A stretch of DNA of 64,000 nt from Hyalangium minutum (GCF_000737315.1 NZ_JMCB01000003.1:62001-126000); one strand, 5' to 3'. Shown: positions 1 through 10,027, numbered from the stretch's first letter. The notes: generated by a model from the letters alone, not told the origin. A program made the numbers and translations.

Positions 1-208
1 TCTCCTTGTCCAACTTGCCCGCGAGCAGGAGCCGATCCGCCTCGATGGTCAGGGCCAGGGACTCCCCGAGCTCCCCAGCGATAGGGCTCGTGACAGTCCT
101 GGGGGCCGCAGGGGCAGGGGGAGGTCTCGGGGCCTGGCACCCATCGCAGCCCACGAACGCGGTGAGCGCCAGAAAGGCTGTGGCGAGCCAGCCCCGAGGG
201 GAGGGCAT
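1..208 (-). CDS. Putative lipoprotein, partial (runs off the left end)
   Basis: ATG at 208, 1 nt after the HD-GYP stop. Translation MPSPRGWLATAFLALTAFVGCDGCQAPRPPP shows a signal peptide with an FVGC lipobox. Not in the ORF track because it is truncated. Confidence 0.65.
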   Translation of the reverse strand, partial: MPSPRGWLATAFLALTAFVGCDGCQAPRPPPAPAAPRTVTSPIAGELGESLALTIEADRLLLAGKLDKE

Positions 209-209
209 C

Positions 210-1532
210 TCAGAGGCCGGCCAGCGACATGTTCTGCTGGCGCTTGGACAGCACCTTCACCGGCTGGATCGCCATCACGCGCATGAAGACCTGGAGCAAC
301 TCCGGGTCGAACTTGTTGCGCATCTCCGTCCACATCAGCATCAGCGACACCTCGGGCCCATACGCATCCCGGTACGGCCGCTTGCTCGTCAGTGCGTCGA
401 ACGCGTCGCAGATGGCGATGACCTTCGCGTACACCCCGAGGCTCGTCTTCGGGATGATCATCTGGATGTTGCCGCGCGTGTCCCGCACCGCCGTCCCGAA
501 GTCCGCCTTGTGCTCGAACGTCGTCACCACCCGCAGCAGCGTCGAGCGCGTGATGCTCTTCTCCATCAGGATGTTGCGCACCGAGATCAGCGGCGCCTTC
601 TGGATCAGCACCTTCTCCTCGGACGTCAGCGCCCCGCGCTTCGTCGCCAGCTCGTCCGGGATCGTCGACATCCCCGCGTCGTGGAACAGCGCGATGTAGC
701 CCAGGTCCCGCAGCTGCGGCTTCGTCAGCCCCAGCTCCGCCCCGAACACGATGCTCATCAGGCACACGTTCACCTGATGGAACACCAGGTACTCCGACTC
801 GCGCTTCGTGGTGGTCATCCCCAAGAAGTGCGTTCGCTGATCGTACGAGATGTCCACCAGATCCTGGACGAGCCGCAGCGCCTTGGACGTGTTCATCGGC
901 TTCCCGGCCCGCACCGACTCCAGGTACTTCTGCAGGAAGAACACCGCGCGCGCGTACACCGTCATCGCGTACTTCTTCCGGTCGACCTTGTAGTCGCCCG
1001 GGTTCTCCAGCTTGTCCGCCTCCTTGGCCAGCTTCTCGCGCAGCTTGGAGAACTTGGCGACCTTCATGTTCAGCAGCTTCCGGTCCGCCAGGCCCTCCTC
1101 GCTCGCCTCCGAGGTCTGCTCCTTGCTGAAGATCCATACGAAGTTCTTCAGCTCCGGCAGGGTGATCGGCTTGGAGATGGAGAACCCACCCACGTCCTTG
1201 GCCCGCATCTCCGACAGCAGGTAGCGCTGGTTCTCGATGGCGTTCAGGTCCACCTTCACCAGCATGCTGTTCAGGTAGAAGGAGTCCTTCACCCCCACCA
1301 GATCCAGCCGCCCCTCCTTGGAGACGATCTGGTTCATGATGTCCTGCAGCTGCGTCAGCGGCTTCTCGAAGACGGCGTTGTCCGGGTCATACATCTTCAC
1401 GGACCGCACCAGCATGTAGAGCCCGGACACCATCCCGCGCGCCAGCGTCTGCAGCTTGTCCGAGTGCGCACGGCCATACTCGCCACCGCTGCTCTCGCTC
1501 TGGGCCTGGGTGATTTTCAAGTTGTCGGCCAT
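210..1532 (-). CDS. HD-GYP domain protein with degenerate GYP loop
   Basis: ALFHDAG (HD) and ICDAFDALTSKRPYR motifs present. The HHExxDGxGYP motif is replaced by FEHKADFGTAVRD. Confidence 0.85.
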   Translation of the reverse strand: MADNLKITQAQSESSGGEYGRAHSDKLQTLARGMVSGLYMLVRSVKMYDPDNAVFEKPLTQLQDIMNQIVSKEGRLDLVGVKDSFYLNSMLVKVDLNAIENQRYLLSEMRAKDVGGFSISKPITLPELKNFVWIFSKEQTSEASEEGLADRKLLNMKVAKFSKLREKLAKEADKLENPGDYKVDRKKYAMTVYARAVFFLQKYLESVRAGKPMNTSKALRLVQDLVDISYDQRTHFLGMTTTKRESEYLVFHQVNVCLMSIVFGAELGLTKPQLRDLGYIALFHDAGMSTIPDELATKRGALTSEEKVLIQKAPLISVRNILMEKSITRSTLLRVVTTFEHKADFGTAVRDTRGNIQMIIPKTSLGVYAKVIAICDAFDALTSKRPYRDAYGPEVSLMLMWTEMRNKFDPELLQVFMRVMAIQPVKVLSKRQQNMSLAGL

Positions 1533-1536
1533 GGCT

Positions 1537-3303
1537 TCATGCCTCCTCTACCGGCGCCGCGTCTCCGAACAGCGCCTTCTTCGTCTGGTACATCGCCTTG
1601 CGCGCCGCGGTGAGCACCTCCACCGGCTGCGACTTGTCCTCCACCACGCCCTGCAGCACCTTGTACGCGTGGATGTTGCACGCGCCCGCCAGCCCCAGGA
1701 TGGCGACCAGCTTGTCGTCCATCACCTTCTTCTTGCTCAGCAGCGAGGGCTTCGCCGACAGGATCTGCGTCAGGAAGGTGAACGCGTTGGGCACGCCCGT
1801 GGAGCCCAGCGCCGAGTAGAAGGCGGCGCGCTCGTCCGCCGTCTTCTTTTCGAAGTCCGAGGCCCGTATCACCCGCAGCACATCGATGTACGCCTTCTCT
1901 GGGTCGAACTCCGGCAGCAGCTTGGCCGCCTGCATCCGTACCTGGGAGACGGGATCGTGCAGCAGCTCCGCGAACAGCTTGCGGCTCTCGGCGGAGTGGC
2001 CCAGGGCGATGATGCTCATCACCTCCAGCTTCACCACCAGGTTCTTCCCCTTGAGCACCGTGCCGAACAGCTTGATCCGCTCCGGGTGCTGGCTCTTCTC
2101 CAGGATGTAGACCATGTCGCGCACGGTCTGCGGCCGGTCCGCTTGCAGCCGGATGACGAATGGATCCGGCCGGTTCTTGGCGAAGCTCGCGAGCACGTCG
2201 CACAACAGGAGCCGGTTCTCTGGCACCTCGATGGTTTCCAGCACCGTGAGCAGCGGGATGATGGCGTGCTCGTCCAGCACCTGCAGGTAGCGGGTGATGT
2301 CCGCCGGGTTCTTCGGCCGGGTGCGCTTGAGGGATTCGCCCAGCCGGTTCAGGCGCTGCTCGTCCGCCATCTTCTGGATGAAGTACGCCAGCAGCCGGGC
2401 GATGGGGCCGTCCAGGTTGTCTTCGCGCTGCGACAGCGCGCGCAGCTTGAGCACCATCTGGTTGATGGTGCCGTAGTCGTCCTGGATGAGCATGGCGTCC
2501 AGCAGCTGGACGAAGATTTCCTCCAGCAGCCCCACGTCATCCACGCCGCCTTCCACGACCTGGAAGATGGCGCTCACCAGCTTGGGGAAGAGGCGCGCGG
2601 TCTCCTCCTCCTCGATTTCTTTCTGCAGCTTGGCCTTCAGCGAGTCTGAGGCATACGTGCCCTCCACCAGCACGCCGCGGATCTGCTCCACGCCCTCCAG
2701 CTGCGCGTCCAGATCGTCCGCCGACACGCGCGCGAAGCGCAGGTAGTCCTCCGAGTTCGTCTGCAGGCGGGAGTAGAGGTAGCTCACCACCTTGTCCACC
2801 TCGACGGCCACCTCCTCCTCGGAGGCGCCGTCCACGGAGAAGCCCTCCACCACCACGTACTCGACGTGCTCCATGCTCGCCTTCCAGAGCTGGGCGAGCG
2901 CGTCTTCCGCGCCACGCTCCGGCTCCGATAGGGCGATCATCGTGAAGGTGACCATCTCCTGCTGCGTGACTCCCGGCCGGAAGATCAGCTGGCGGATGCC
3001 ATCCCGGAAGAACTTGTAGGAGAGCGGCGTGTCCTCGGAGAACAGCGGCTCGTTGTGCAGCAGGAAGTTCTGCTGCTCCACCTTGAGCGACAGCGGGCCG
3101 TGCTTCTCGGTGTACTCGGTGAGCGCGCTCAGTGCCGGGGCGAGGAACTCGGGGTACTTCGCCTCGTTGTGGCGGTACATCCCGATTTGCTTGATGCCTT
3201 TGAGCAGCTGGAAGGTGAAATTCCGCGCCAGGTCCACCTTCTCGCGTATCACTGGATCCGCGGAGCGCTCCGCGGTCTCGTTGGTTTTCTGGGGCGAGGC
3301 CAT
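1537..3303 (-). CDS. HEAT-repeat protein
   Basis: 588 aa helical ORF with C-terminal HEAT-like repeats (DPVSQVRMQAAKLL). Ends 4 nt before the HD-GYP start. Confidence 0.8.
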   Translation of the reverse strand: MASPQKTNETAERSADPVIREKVDLARNFTFQLLKGIKQIGMYRHNEAKYPEFLAPALSALTEYTEKHGPLSLKVEQQNFLLHNEPLFSEDTPLSYKFFRDGIRQLIFRPGVTQQEMVTFTMIALSEPERGAEDALAQLWKASMEHVEYVVVEGFSVDGASEEEVAVEVDKVVSYLYSRLQTNSEDYLRFARVSADDLDAQLEGVEQIRGVLVEGTYASDSLKAKLQKEIEEEETARLFPKLVSAIFQVVEGGVDDVGLLEEIFVQLLDAMLIQDDYGTINQMVLKLRALSQREDNLDGPIARLLAYFIQKMADEQRLNRLGESLKRTRPKNPADITRYLQVLDEHAIIPLLTVLETIEVPENRLLLCDVLASFAKNRPDPFVIRLQADRPQTVRDMVYILEKSQHPERIKLFGTVLKGKNLVVKLEVMSIIALGHSAESRKLFAELLHDPVSQVRMQAAKLLPEFDPEKAYIDVLRVIRASDFEKKTADERAAFYSALGSTGVPNAFTFLTQILSAKPSLLSKKKVMDDKLVAILGLAGACNIHAYKVLQGVVEDKSQPVEVLTAARKAMYQTKKALFGDAAPVEEA

Positions 3304-3327
3304 GCGTCCTGGGGGGTTCGGACAGGG

Positions 3328-3353
3328 TGAGGGAGTCCGAGTCTACTCCCTCA
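3328..3353. promoter_or_regulatory. 9-bp perfect inverted repeat upstream of the HEAT/HD-GYP operon
   Basis: TGAGGGAGT-N8-ACTCCCTCA, 25-50 nt upstream of the start at 3303. Could be an operator or an RNA hairpin. Confidence 0.4.
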
Positions 3354-3482
3354 TACGCCCCAGGAGATCCCTCTGCATGGGAACTTCCGCTCAGGTATGT
3401 AGGTTGAGAGCCTACCGTGAAAACGGCAGCGCCCCCGCCAGCGAGGGCAGGGGCGCCGGTACGGCTTGGGCCGAGCGGGGCG

Positions 3483-4373
3483 TTACTGGGCCGCCACGGC
3501 GGTGTCCGGATCCACCTCGGCCATGAGCGCGGCCAGCTCGGCCTTGAGCTTGTCCTTGGCGCGGATCTCCAGCTGGCGGGCGCGCTCGCGCGAGAAGCCG
3601 AAGTGCTCGCCCAGCTCCTTGAGCGTCATGGGGCGCTCATTCATGACGCGCTGCTCGATGATGAAGCGCTCGCGGGGATCCAGCCGCATCAGCGCGGTGC
3701 GGACGCGGGCGTTGATGAGGCCCGCCTCCTCCTTGTCGGCGAACTCGTCATCCTGCGGGGCGCTGGCGCTCACCACGAAGTCCACGTGGCTGTTGCCGCC
3801 GTCCTCGCCCATGGGCGCGTCCAGGGAGAGATCGCGGCCGCCCATGCGCTGCTCCATCTCGCGCACCTCGCCCGGCTTCACGTGCAGCTTGCGGGCGATG
3901 TCGTCCACATTCACCACGTCGCCATCGGGAGTGCCGAACTTCTCCAGCTCGCGGCGGGTGCGCGCCAAGCTGAAGAACAGCTTGCGTTGAGCCTGCGTCG
4001 TCCCCAGTTTTACCAAAGACCAAGACTTGAGAATGTAGTTCTGGATGTACGCGCGGATCCACCACACCGCGTAGGAGATGAGGCGGATGCCCTTGTCCGG
4101 ATCGAACTTCTGCACGGCCTTCATCAGGCCGATGTTCCCTTCCTGGATGAGGTCGCTCATCTTGATGCCGTAGGAGCGGTACTCGTAGGCGACCTTCACG
4201 ACGAAGCGCAGGTTGCTCGTCACCAGCCGGTGGCCCGCGGACAGGTCCCCCTTGAGGAACTTCCGGGCCAGCGCTTGCTCCTCCTCCACCGTGAGCAGCG
4301 AGTAGTGGTTGATCTCCGAGAGGTACATCGCCAGGGAGCCGGAGTTGGAAGACTGCTCGTGGGTGTTTTGCAT
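3483..4373 (-). CDS. RpoH/sigma-32 family sigma factor (probable myxobacterial SigB ortholog)
   Basis: Region 2 [35 protein letters not shown] plus RpoH box [20 protein letters not shown]. SigB rather than SigC/SigE is inferred only from recalled synteny with nfs. Confidence 0.93.
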   Translation of the reverse strand: MQNTHEQSSNSGSLAMYLSEINHYSLLTVEEEQALARKFLKGDLSAGHRLVTSNLRFVVKVAYEYRSYGIKMSDLIQEGNIGLMKAVQKFDPDKGIRLISYAVWWIRAYIQNYILKSWSLVKLGTTQAQRKLFFSLARTRRELEKFGTPDGDVVNVDDIARKLHVKPGEVREMEQRMGGRDLSLDAPMGEDGGNSHVDFVVSASAPQDDEFADKEEAGLINARVRTALMRLDPRERFIIEQRVMNERPMTLKELGEHFGFSRERARQLEIRAKDKLKAELAALMAEVDPDTAVAAQ

Positions 4374-4456
4374 GGTTCAGTTCTCCCGACGGCGGGCTTC
4401 AGATGAGCCCGTGATGAGTGTGGGGACCGCTTGTCGACCGCACGCTGGATGTCATG

Positions 4457-4472
4457 AGCAACCGCAGTGCCA
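4457..4472 (-). promoter_or_regulatory. sigma54 (-24/-12) promoter of the sigma factor gene
   Basis: Minus strand TGGCACTGCGGTTGCT, a near-consensus GG-N10-GC, about 85 nt upstream of the ATG at 4373. Confidence 0.8.
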
Positions 4473-4743
4473 GCCCCCGTTGACAAAAAATCCCCTGAGA
4501 CTGCGCGGGGTTGACTCGGATCCCCTCGGAAGGGGGGACCCGCGGGTGGAAAGCGTTACAGACCGGCGCCGGAAACCTCCGTTCCCACGGTCTGTAGAAG
4601 TTGCGCGACTGTGTTTCAGTCACCTCCGAGCCCAAGGGGAAGAAATGGGACGAGTCTCCCTGCTTTCAAACCCTCTAACGGGGCGCGAGGTTGTCGTCCG
4701 AAGGGCAGACACGCTCGAACCCTCGGAGGGCGAGCGAGGTGGC

Positions 4744-6741
4744 TCAGGCGGCGCGGCGGGTCTCGAGGTAGCGGCGCAGCGGGGCGAGCAGGCGCTCTGC
4801 CTCTCCGGCCGCGAGGGGGCGCTGGCCGAAGCGGGCTTCCAGGTAGCGCCGGGTGATGGGGGCCAAGGGCTCGGCCAGGGAGTGCTGCTCGCGGACGAGG
4901 CGCGTGGTGAGCTCCTCCAGCGACTCATCCGAGCGAGGGCGCAGGCCTGCTTCGCGCAGCAGGCCCTCCACGGAATCGATCAGCTGCGTGGCGGCGTGCG
5001 GGCGGGGCGCGGACAGACGGCCTGAGAGGATGCGCCACGTGCCGTAGGTGAGCAGGCCCACCAGCAGCGCCAGGCCCCAGATGCGGGCCGGGGGGAGGCG
5101 GGAGGACGTGCGGCCGGGCTCGCGCGGCGGACGGATGAGCTTCTGGGCCGCGTCCAGCTGATCTCTCAGCGAGTAGTCGATAACGGAGGTGCGCCAGCGG
5201 GCCTCGATCGCCTCGTAGAGGCCGGTGAGGAACTCGAGCGCGGGCAGGGACTGGCTGGCCCGGTTGCTCGGAGGCGTCGCGTCGATCGTGACAAAGCCTC
5301 GCTCGGGAACGAGCACGTGCGTCCAGGCGTGCGCATCTCCGGCGCGGAGGATGTAATCCTCGGTGGAGCGCTCGCCGCCGAAGAAGCCCGTGGACAGCCG
5401 CGCGGAGATTCCCTGGGTGCGCAGCATGATCGTCAGTGCGGTGGCGAAGTGCTCGCAATGGCCCGCTTTGCGCTCGAAGAGGAAGTCCGCGAGGGGATCC
5501 TCCACGTCCCCGCTGAGCTCCAGCGTGTATGCGTACTCGCGCTGCAGCCAGGCGGACAGCTTCTGGGCGGCCTTCAGGGGATCCGTCTCTCCGTCGAGCA
5601 CCTTGCGCGCCAGCGCCTCCACGCGCGGATCCAGCCGGTCCGGCAGCGCCAGGAGCTGGCCGCGCTCGACCTCGGTGAGCGAGGTGGAGGCATCCTCCTC
5701 GGGAGGGACGCTGGTGGCCTCGTAGGCGTAGGCGAGGGCGTTCTCGGTGAAGCGCACCTCACCGCCACCGAGCTCCATGAGAGAGGTGCGGCGGGTGCCG
5801 CTCGCCTGATGGGCCACCGCGTTGCCCAGGCGCGTGGGCGTCTCGAGCGCCACCAGGGTTCGGGCGCCATACGCGGGCAGCAGTTCGATGCGCTGGTGGA
5901 TGGACTGCTCGCCGCCGGGGCGCAGTGTCACCCGTGGGCGCGAGCGCTTGGGGTTGTTGCCCACGCTCGTCCACTCCTGCCCATCGAAGATGTCATAGGT
6001 TCGGGCCACCCAGTAGGCGCCCAGGTGCTCCACGCCGGGATCGGGCGTGATGTGGGCGCGCAGCACCACGCGAGGGTTGCTCTTGAGCGTCCCCGCGCCG
6101 CCCAGGCGCACCGTGTCCGCCAGGCCAGTGGTGGCGCCCAGGCCCGGTCCGGTCCTTCGGCCGGCCATGCTCCAGTTGAGGCGAGGGAAGAGGACGAAGA
6201 AGGCCAGCGCGCCCAGCAGCGCGAAGCACAGGCCCAGGGAGAGCGGACGCACCACCTCGCGCACGGGCAGGGGCTCGCCCTCGGGGACGGCGGCCTCCAC
6301 CACGGTCAGTCCCATGGACAGGCTGGCGAAGACTGCGTAGGCCACCAGGAACAGGGCAAACGTCAGCTCACCGGAGAGCGCCGCGCCGCCAGCCACCATC
6401 AGCAGGCCGGTCAGCTGCACCTGCCCATCCGTGCGTGAGTCCGGCGTGGACAGGAGCCGGTGGGCGGCGATGAGGCCCGCGAAGGCGCACGCGGCCACCA
6501 CGAGATCGAGCTGCCCGACGTACACGGAGAGCCCGAGCATCGCGGCCAGCACCAGCAGCAGCACGGAGGTGCTCTTCGCTCGCTGGGCGAACAGGCGCTT
6601 GCCGAGGAGCGCGCACACGAGCGCCACGCCGAAGAGGCCGATCGCCCATGCGGGCAGCTGGCCGGACACGGCCATGGAGCCGAACGCCGCTCCGGCGCCC
6701 AGATCGCGCAGCCTCAGCCGGAGCCGGGAGGGAGAGCTCAT
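4744..6741 (-). CDS. TgpA-like membrane transglutaminase (DUF3488 + transglutaminase core + DUF4129-like)
   Basis: N-terminal TM bundle. Catalytic triad GHCEHF / AHAW / IDATP intact. ATGA overlap with DUF58. Confidence 0.9.
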   Translation of the reverse strand: MSSPSRLRLRLRDLGAGAAFGSMAVSGQLPAWAIGLFGVALVCALLGKRLFAQRAKSTSVLLLVLAAMLGLSVYVGQLDLVVAACAFAGLIAAHRLLSTPDSRTDGQVQLTGLLMVAGGAALSGELTFALFLVAYAVFASLSMGLTVVEAAVPEGEPLPVREVVRPLSLGLCFALLGALAFFVLFPRLNWSMAGRRTGPGLGATTGLADTVRLGGAGTLKSNPRVVLRAHITPDPGVEHLGAYWVARTYDIFDGQEWTSVGNNPKRSRPRVTLRPGGEQSIHQRIELLPAYGARTLVALETPTRLGNAVAHQASGTRRTSLMELGGGEVRFTENALAYAYEATSVPPEEDASTSLTEVERGQLLALPDRLDPRVEALARKVLDGETDPLKAAQKLSAWLQREYAYTLELSGDVEDPLADFLFERKAGHCEHFATALTIMLRTQGISARLSTGFFGGERSTEDYILRAGDAHAWTHVLVPERGFVTIDATPPSNRASQSLPALEFLTGLYEAIEARWRTSVIDYSLRDQLDAAQKLIRPPREPGRTSSRLPPARIWGLALLVGLLTYGTWRILSGRLSAPRPHAATQLIDSVEGLLREAGLRPRSDESLEELTTRLVREQHSLAEPLAPITRRYLEARFGQRPLAAGEAERLLAPLRRYLETRRAA

Positions 6742-7709
6742 GCCGCCTGCTCCTCCTTCTCCCGCTGATCCTCGAAGCCCACCCAGGCCAGGGCCCGGAG
6801 GATGCGCCGCTCTTGGGCACTGCCCGCTGCGGGGCGCAGACGCTCGCCGGGCGTCTCCAGGCCCACCTCATTGCCGGCCTCGATCAGATCGTGGGTGAGC
6901 GCCGCCACCTCCTCGCAGCGCCGATCGAGGGCCTCCCCTTGGAGCCCTCCCTCCACGGTGAGTACATAGGTGCGGCGCTCCTCGCGCTCGCGCTCCACCT
7001 TGAGGAGCTTCCCCACGGAGGCGCTCTTGCGCCAGTGCACGCGGCGCGCATCCTCGGTGGGCCCCAGCTCGCGCAGGCCCGCCACGTCGCCGGTGCCATC
7101 ATTGCTGCGAGGGGTGCTCGCGTCGCCGTACGCGCCCTGCAGCGCCCGGCCCGGCAGCTGGCACGCGTAGCCTCGGCGCGGGTACACCAGCAGGGTGCCG
7201 TCCAGCTCGAACACGCGTGTCTTGGCGAAGAGGCCCAGCGGCCATGTCGTGGTGAGCCGGACGCCGCTCAGCCGCAGGGGCCCTCGGCGGGGTGCGGTCA
7301 GGTCCGCGCGGACGACGTGCTCCACACGCGTGCGCAGGTAGCCCACGCGGCCCTCGCCAGTGAGCGGGCTGTCCACCTCGCTCAGCGTGAGAGCGAAGGA
7401 GTTGCCCAGGCGGCGGGTGAGGGCCCAGCGGAAGGCGAAGGGCTCGCCCGCGAAGGCGGACTCGGTGCCCAAGCGGCGGATCGTGAGGTAGCGCAGGCAG
7501 CGCTCGGAGAGCACGCCGGAGGCCACCACCATGGCCAGCAGCAAGCCGAGCACGAGGTAGAGCAGGTTGTTGCCGGTGTTCAGCGCGCCCAGGCCCACGC
7601 CGAACGTCACCACGAGGTACGTGCGCCCCACGCGCGTCACCTTCAAGGTGCGCGGAGGGCGCAGCAGGGCGCGCAGCCGCGCCCACTTCGCCTGGAGCCA
7701 CGTCTTCAC
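6738..7709 (-). CDS. DUF58 family protein
   Basis: GTG at 7709 overlaps the MoxR stop (GTGA). Motifs TGNNLLYL, LRELGPTEDARRVHWRKSA. Confidence 0.88.
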   Translation of the reverse strand: MKTWLQAKWARLRALLRPPRTLKVTRVGRTYLVVTFGVGLGALNTGNNLLYLVLGLLLAMVVASGVLSERCLRYLTIRRLGTESAFAGEPFAFRWALTRRLGNSFALTLSEVDSPLTGEGRVGYLRTRVEHVVRADLTAPRRGPLRLSGVRLTTTWPLGLFAKTRVFELDGTLLVYPRRGYACQLPGRALQGAYGDASTPRSNDGTGDVAGLRELGPTEDARRVHWRKSASVGKLLKVEREREERRTYVLTVEGGLQGEALDRRCEEVAALTHDLIEAGNEVGLETPGERLRPAAGSAQERRILRALAWVGFEDQREKEEQAA

Positions 7710-8686
7710 CGAGGTGCTGCCACCTTTCGGGAGATCTCCTCGACCAGGTGCGCCGCCTCGTCCCGGGCCGCCGCGCCCTGCACGTTGCTGCGCAGCAGGA
7801 GCCGGTGCGCCAGGCACGGTACCAGCACCGCGCGGATGTCCCCCGGCGTCACGAAGTCACGCCCCTCCCACAGGGCATGCGCCCGGGCCGCCGAGCCCAC
7901 CGCCAGCACCGCGCGGGTGGAAGCACCGCGCTCGATGTCGCCGTGCTCGCGCGTGGCCCGGGCCAGCCGGACGACGTACTCCGCCACGGCCTCGTCGATG
8001 CGCATCTCCGCGGCGAGCGCCCGCAGGCCGCTCAGCTCCTCCGGCCCGGTGACGGGCTCCAGTGCATCCACCGGAGGCGTCCGCCCGCGCGTGGTGAGCA
8101 GCCGCGCTTCGACTTCGGGGGCCGGGTGCCCCAGCGACAGCCGCATGAGGAAGCGATCCAGCTGCGAGTCCGGAAGCGGATAGGTACCCGTGAGATCCAG
8201 CGGGTTCTGCGTGGCCACCACCGTGAAGGGGGAGGGCAGGGGATAGGTGTTCCCATCCATCGACACCTGTCCCTGCGCCATGCCCTCGAGAAGGGCGGAT
8301 TGGGTGCGCGGGGGCGCGCGGTTGAGCTCATCGGCCAGCACGAGCTGCCGGAAGATGGGCCCCTGGCGGAAGGAGAAGGTGGCGTTGGTGGCGTTGAACA
8401 CCTGCGCGCCCAGGATGTCCGCGGGCATCAGGTCCGCGGTGAACTGGATGCGCGAGAAGCTCAGCCCACAGGAGCGCGCCAGCGCCTCGGCCAGCGTCGT
8501 CTTGCCCACGCCGGGCACGTCCTCCAAGAGGAGGTGGCCTCCAGCGATGAGACAGGTGACGGTGAGGCGGGCTTGGGCCTCCTTTCCCTGCACCACGCTC
8601 GACAGGTGAGCGGAGATCCGCTCCATGACCGAGCGCGCGGAATCAACAGGGGGGGCGGAGGCGATGGCGCGGGCAGGTTGGTTCAT
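7706..8686 (-). CDS. MoxR family AAA+ ATPase
   Basis: EDVPGVGKT Walker A, IQFTADLMPADILG, LADELNRAPPRTQSALLE, ATQNP, LDRF. Confidence 0.95.
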   Translation of the reverse strand: MNQPARAIASAPPVDSARSVMERISAHLSSVVQGKEAQARLTVTCLIAGGHLLLEDVPGVGKTTLAEALARSCGLSFSRIQFTADLMPADILGAQVFNATNATFSFRQGPIFRQLVLADELNRAPPRTQSALLEGMAQGQVSMDGNTYPLPSPFTVVATQNPLDLTGTYPLPDSQLDRFLMRLSLGHPAPEVEARLLTTRGRTPPVDALEPVTGPEELSGLRALAAEMRIDEAVAEYVVRLARATREHGDIERGASTRAVLAVGSAARAHALWEGRDFVTPGDIRAVLVPCLAHRLLLRSNVQGAAARDEAAHLVEEISRKVAAPR

Positions 8687-8750
8687 CTGTCCGCGCAGTC
8701 TACCCGAGGCGTCTCGGGGGAGGGACTGCTCGCTGCCTAAGCAACCAACT

Positions 8751-9071
8751 TCAGGCGAGGATCTCTTCCGGCGTGTAGTAGGCCCGGGGCTCCGAGCCCG
8801 TGCTCACCCCGAAATAGCGGAACATCCGCTCGTGGTGCCCGGCCAGCCCGCGCAGCTCCACCTTGTTGTGCGCGCCCAGATCCTTGGTCAGCACCACCAC
8901 CGCTGTGTCCTTGAACTCGCGCAGGTGCGCGAAGTCCAGCACCACCTCGCGGGAGCCCAGAGCCTCCAGCGAGTGACGCAGCTGCGCCGCCGTGCGCCAG
9001 TCCAGCGTCCCCTCGAGCCGAAGGGTGATGCGCCCTGCGAGCTCTTCCTGGTGGATTTGCAGCCCCGACAT
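8751..9071 (-). CDS. STAS / anti-sigma-factor-antagonist-like protein
   Basis: ATG at 9071 with AGGGAG RBS. Motifs LRLEGTLDWRTA and VVLDFAHLREFKDTA fit a STAS fold. Confidence 0.75.
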   Translation of the reverse strand: MSGLQIHQEELAGRITLRLEGTLDWRTAAQLRHSLEALGSREVVLDFAHLREFKDTAVVVLTKDLGAHNKVELRGLAGHHERMFRYFGVSTGSEPRAYYTPEEILA

Positions 9072-9130
9072 GATGGTCGTCTCCCTAAATATTGGAAATT
9101 CCGAGGGGTGTTCCTGTGTGGAGGGCACAA

Positions 9131-9181
9131 TTCGCGCAAACCCCGGGCTTTTGCATCCCCCCCCGGCATTTATTGCGCGAA
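9131..9181. promoter_or_regulatory. Inverted repeat upstream of the STAS gene
   Basis: TTCGCGCAA-N33-TTGCGCGAA in an AT-enriched intergenic gap. Confidence 0.35.
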
Positions 9182-9218
9182 ATGTTCTGCACCCACCGGA
9201 ATGGGTGTTGCACAGCGG

Positions 9219-9956
9219 TCAGCTCTTGCCGGCTTCCGTCGGCTGCTGAGCACGCAAGGTCAGCTCGCGTTCCTGCTGAGCCTTCAGCTTGCGGAACTCC
9301 TTCACGACCTTGGTCGGGTAGCCGGCGATGAACTTCTTCCGGGACTCGCGCTTGGCGAGGATCTTCTTCGCCAGCCCCGGGCCCGCGTTGTACGCGACGA
9401 GCGCGTGCTCCACGTTGCCGAAGCGCTGGATGAGGTTGGCCAGGTACGCGGTGCCCAGCTCGATGTTCGTCTCCGCGTCGAACAGGTTGGTGGAGCGCCC
9501 CAGCCGGAAGCCCGCCTTGTCCGCCAGGTAGGTGCCCGTGTCCGGCATCACCTGCATCAGGCCCATGGCCCCCACGCCGGACACCGCGTAGTTGTTGAAC
9601 GAGCTCTCGCAGCGGATGAGCGCAATCACCAGCATCGGGTCGATGTCGTTGCGCTGGGCCTCGCGGACGATGGCCACCGCCACCCGCCGCTGCTGCCGGA
9701 GCGGCAGGCCCGAGGCCCTCACCGCCTCCGCCACCCCCAGGCGCATCGCCTCCTGGAAGTGGACCTCATCCTCGTACGCCTGCAGGCGGGCCTGCGCCTC
9801 CCGAAGCGCTGCCTCGCGCTCGGCCAGCTTCGCTTTCAGCTCCTCCACCTGAGGCGCCTCCACCACCGTCCTGTCGGGGACCAGCAAGGGATAGCTGGGA
9901 ATGGCCGCCCCCGTCATCACCGCCGCCGCCGCCGCCGCCACCGTCCAACGCCGCAT
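9219..9956 (-). CDS. Lytic transglycosylase (SLT domain) with N-terminal signal/coiled coil
   Basis: IRCESSFN (catalytic Glu), GAMGLMQVMP, ALVAYNAGPG. Confidence 0.93.
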   Translation of the reverse strand: MRRWTVAAAAAAVMTGAAIPSYPLLVPDRTVVEAPQVEELKAKLAEREAALREAQARLQAYEDEVHFQEAMRLGVAEAVRASGLPLRQQRRVAVAIVREAQRNDIDPMLVIALIRCESSFNNYAVSGVGAMGLMQVMPDTGTYLADKAGFRLGRSTNLFDAETNIELGTAYLANLIQRFGNVEHALVAYNAGPGLAKKILAKRESRKKFIAGYPTKVVKEFRKLKAQQERELTLRAQQPTEAGKS

Positions 9957-10011
9957 GTCCTACCTCCCCCATCCACCCAAACTGCCACCGGCCACACCTG
10001 CCTTTCCGCTA

Positions 10012-10027
10012 AGCACCCGCCGTGCCA
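10012..10027 (-). promoter_or_regulatory. sigma54 promoter of the lytic transglycosylase
   Basis: Minus strand TGGCACGGCGGGTGCT (GG-N10-GC), about 55 nt upstream of the ATG. Confidence 0.7.
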
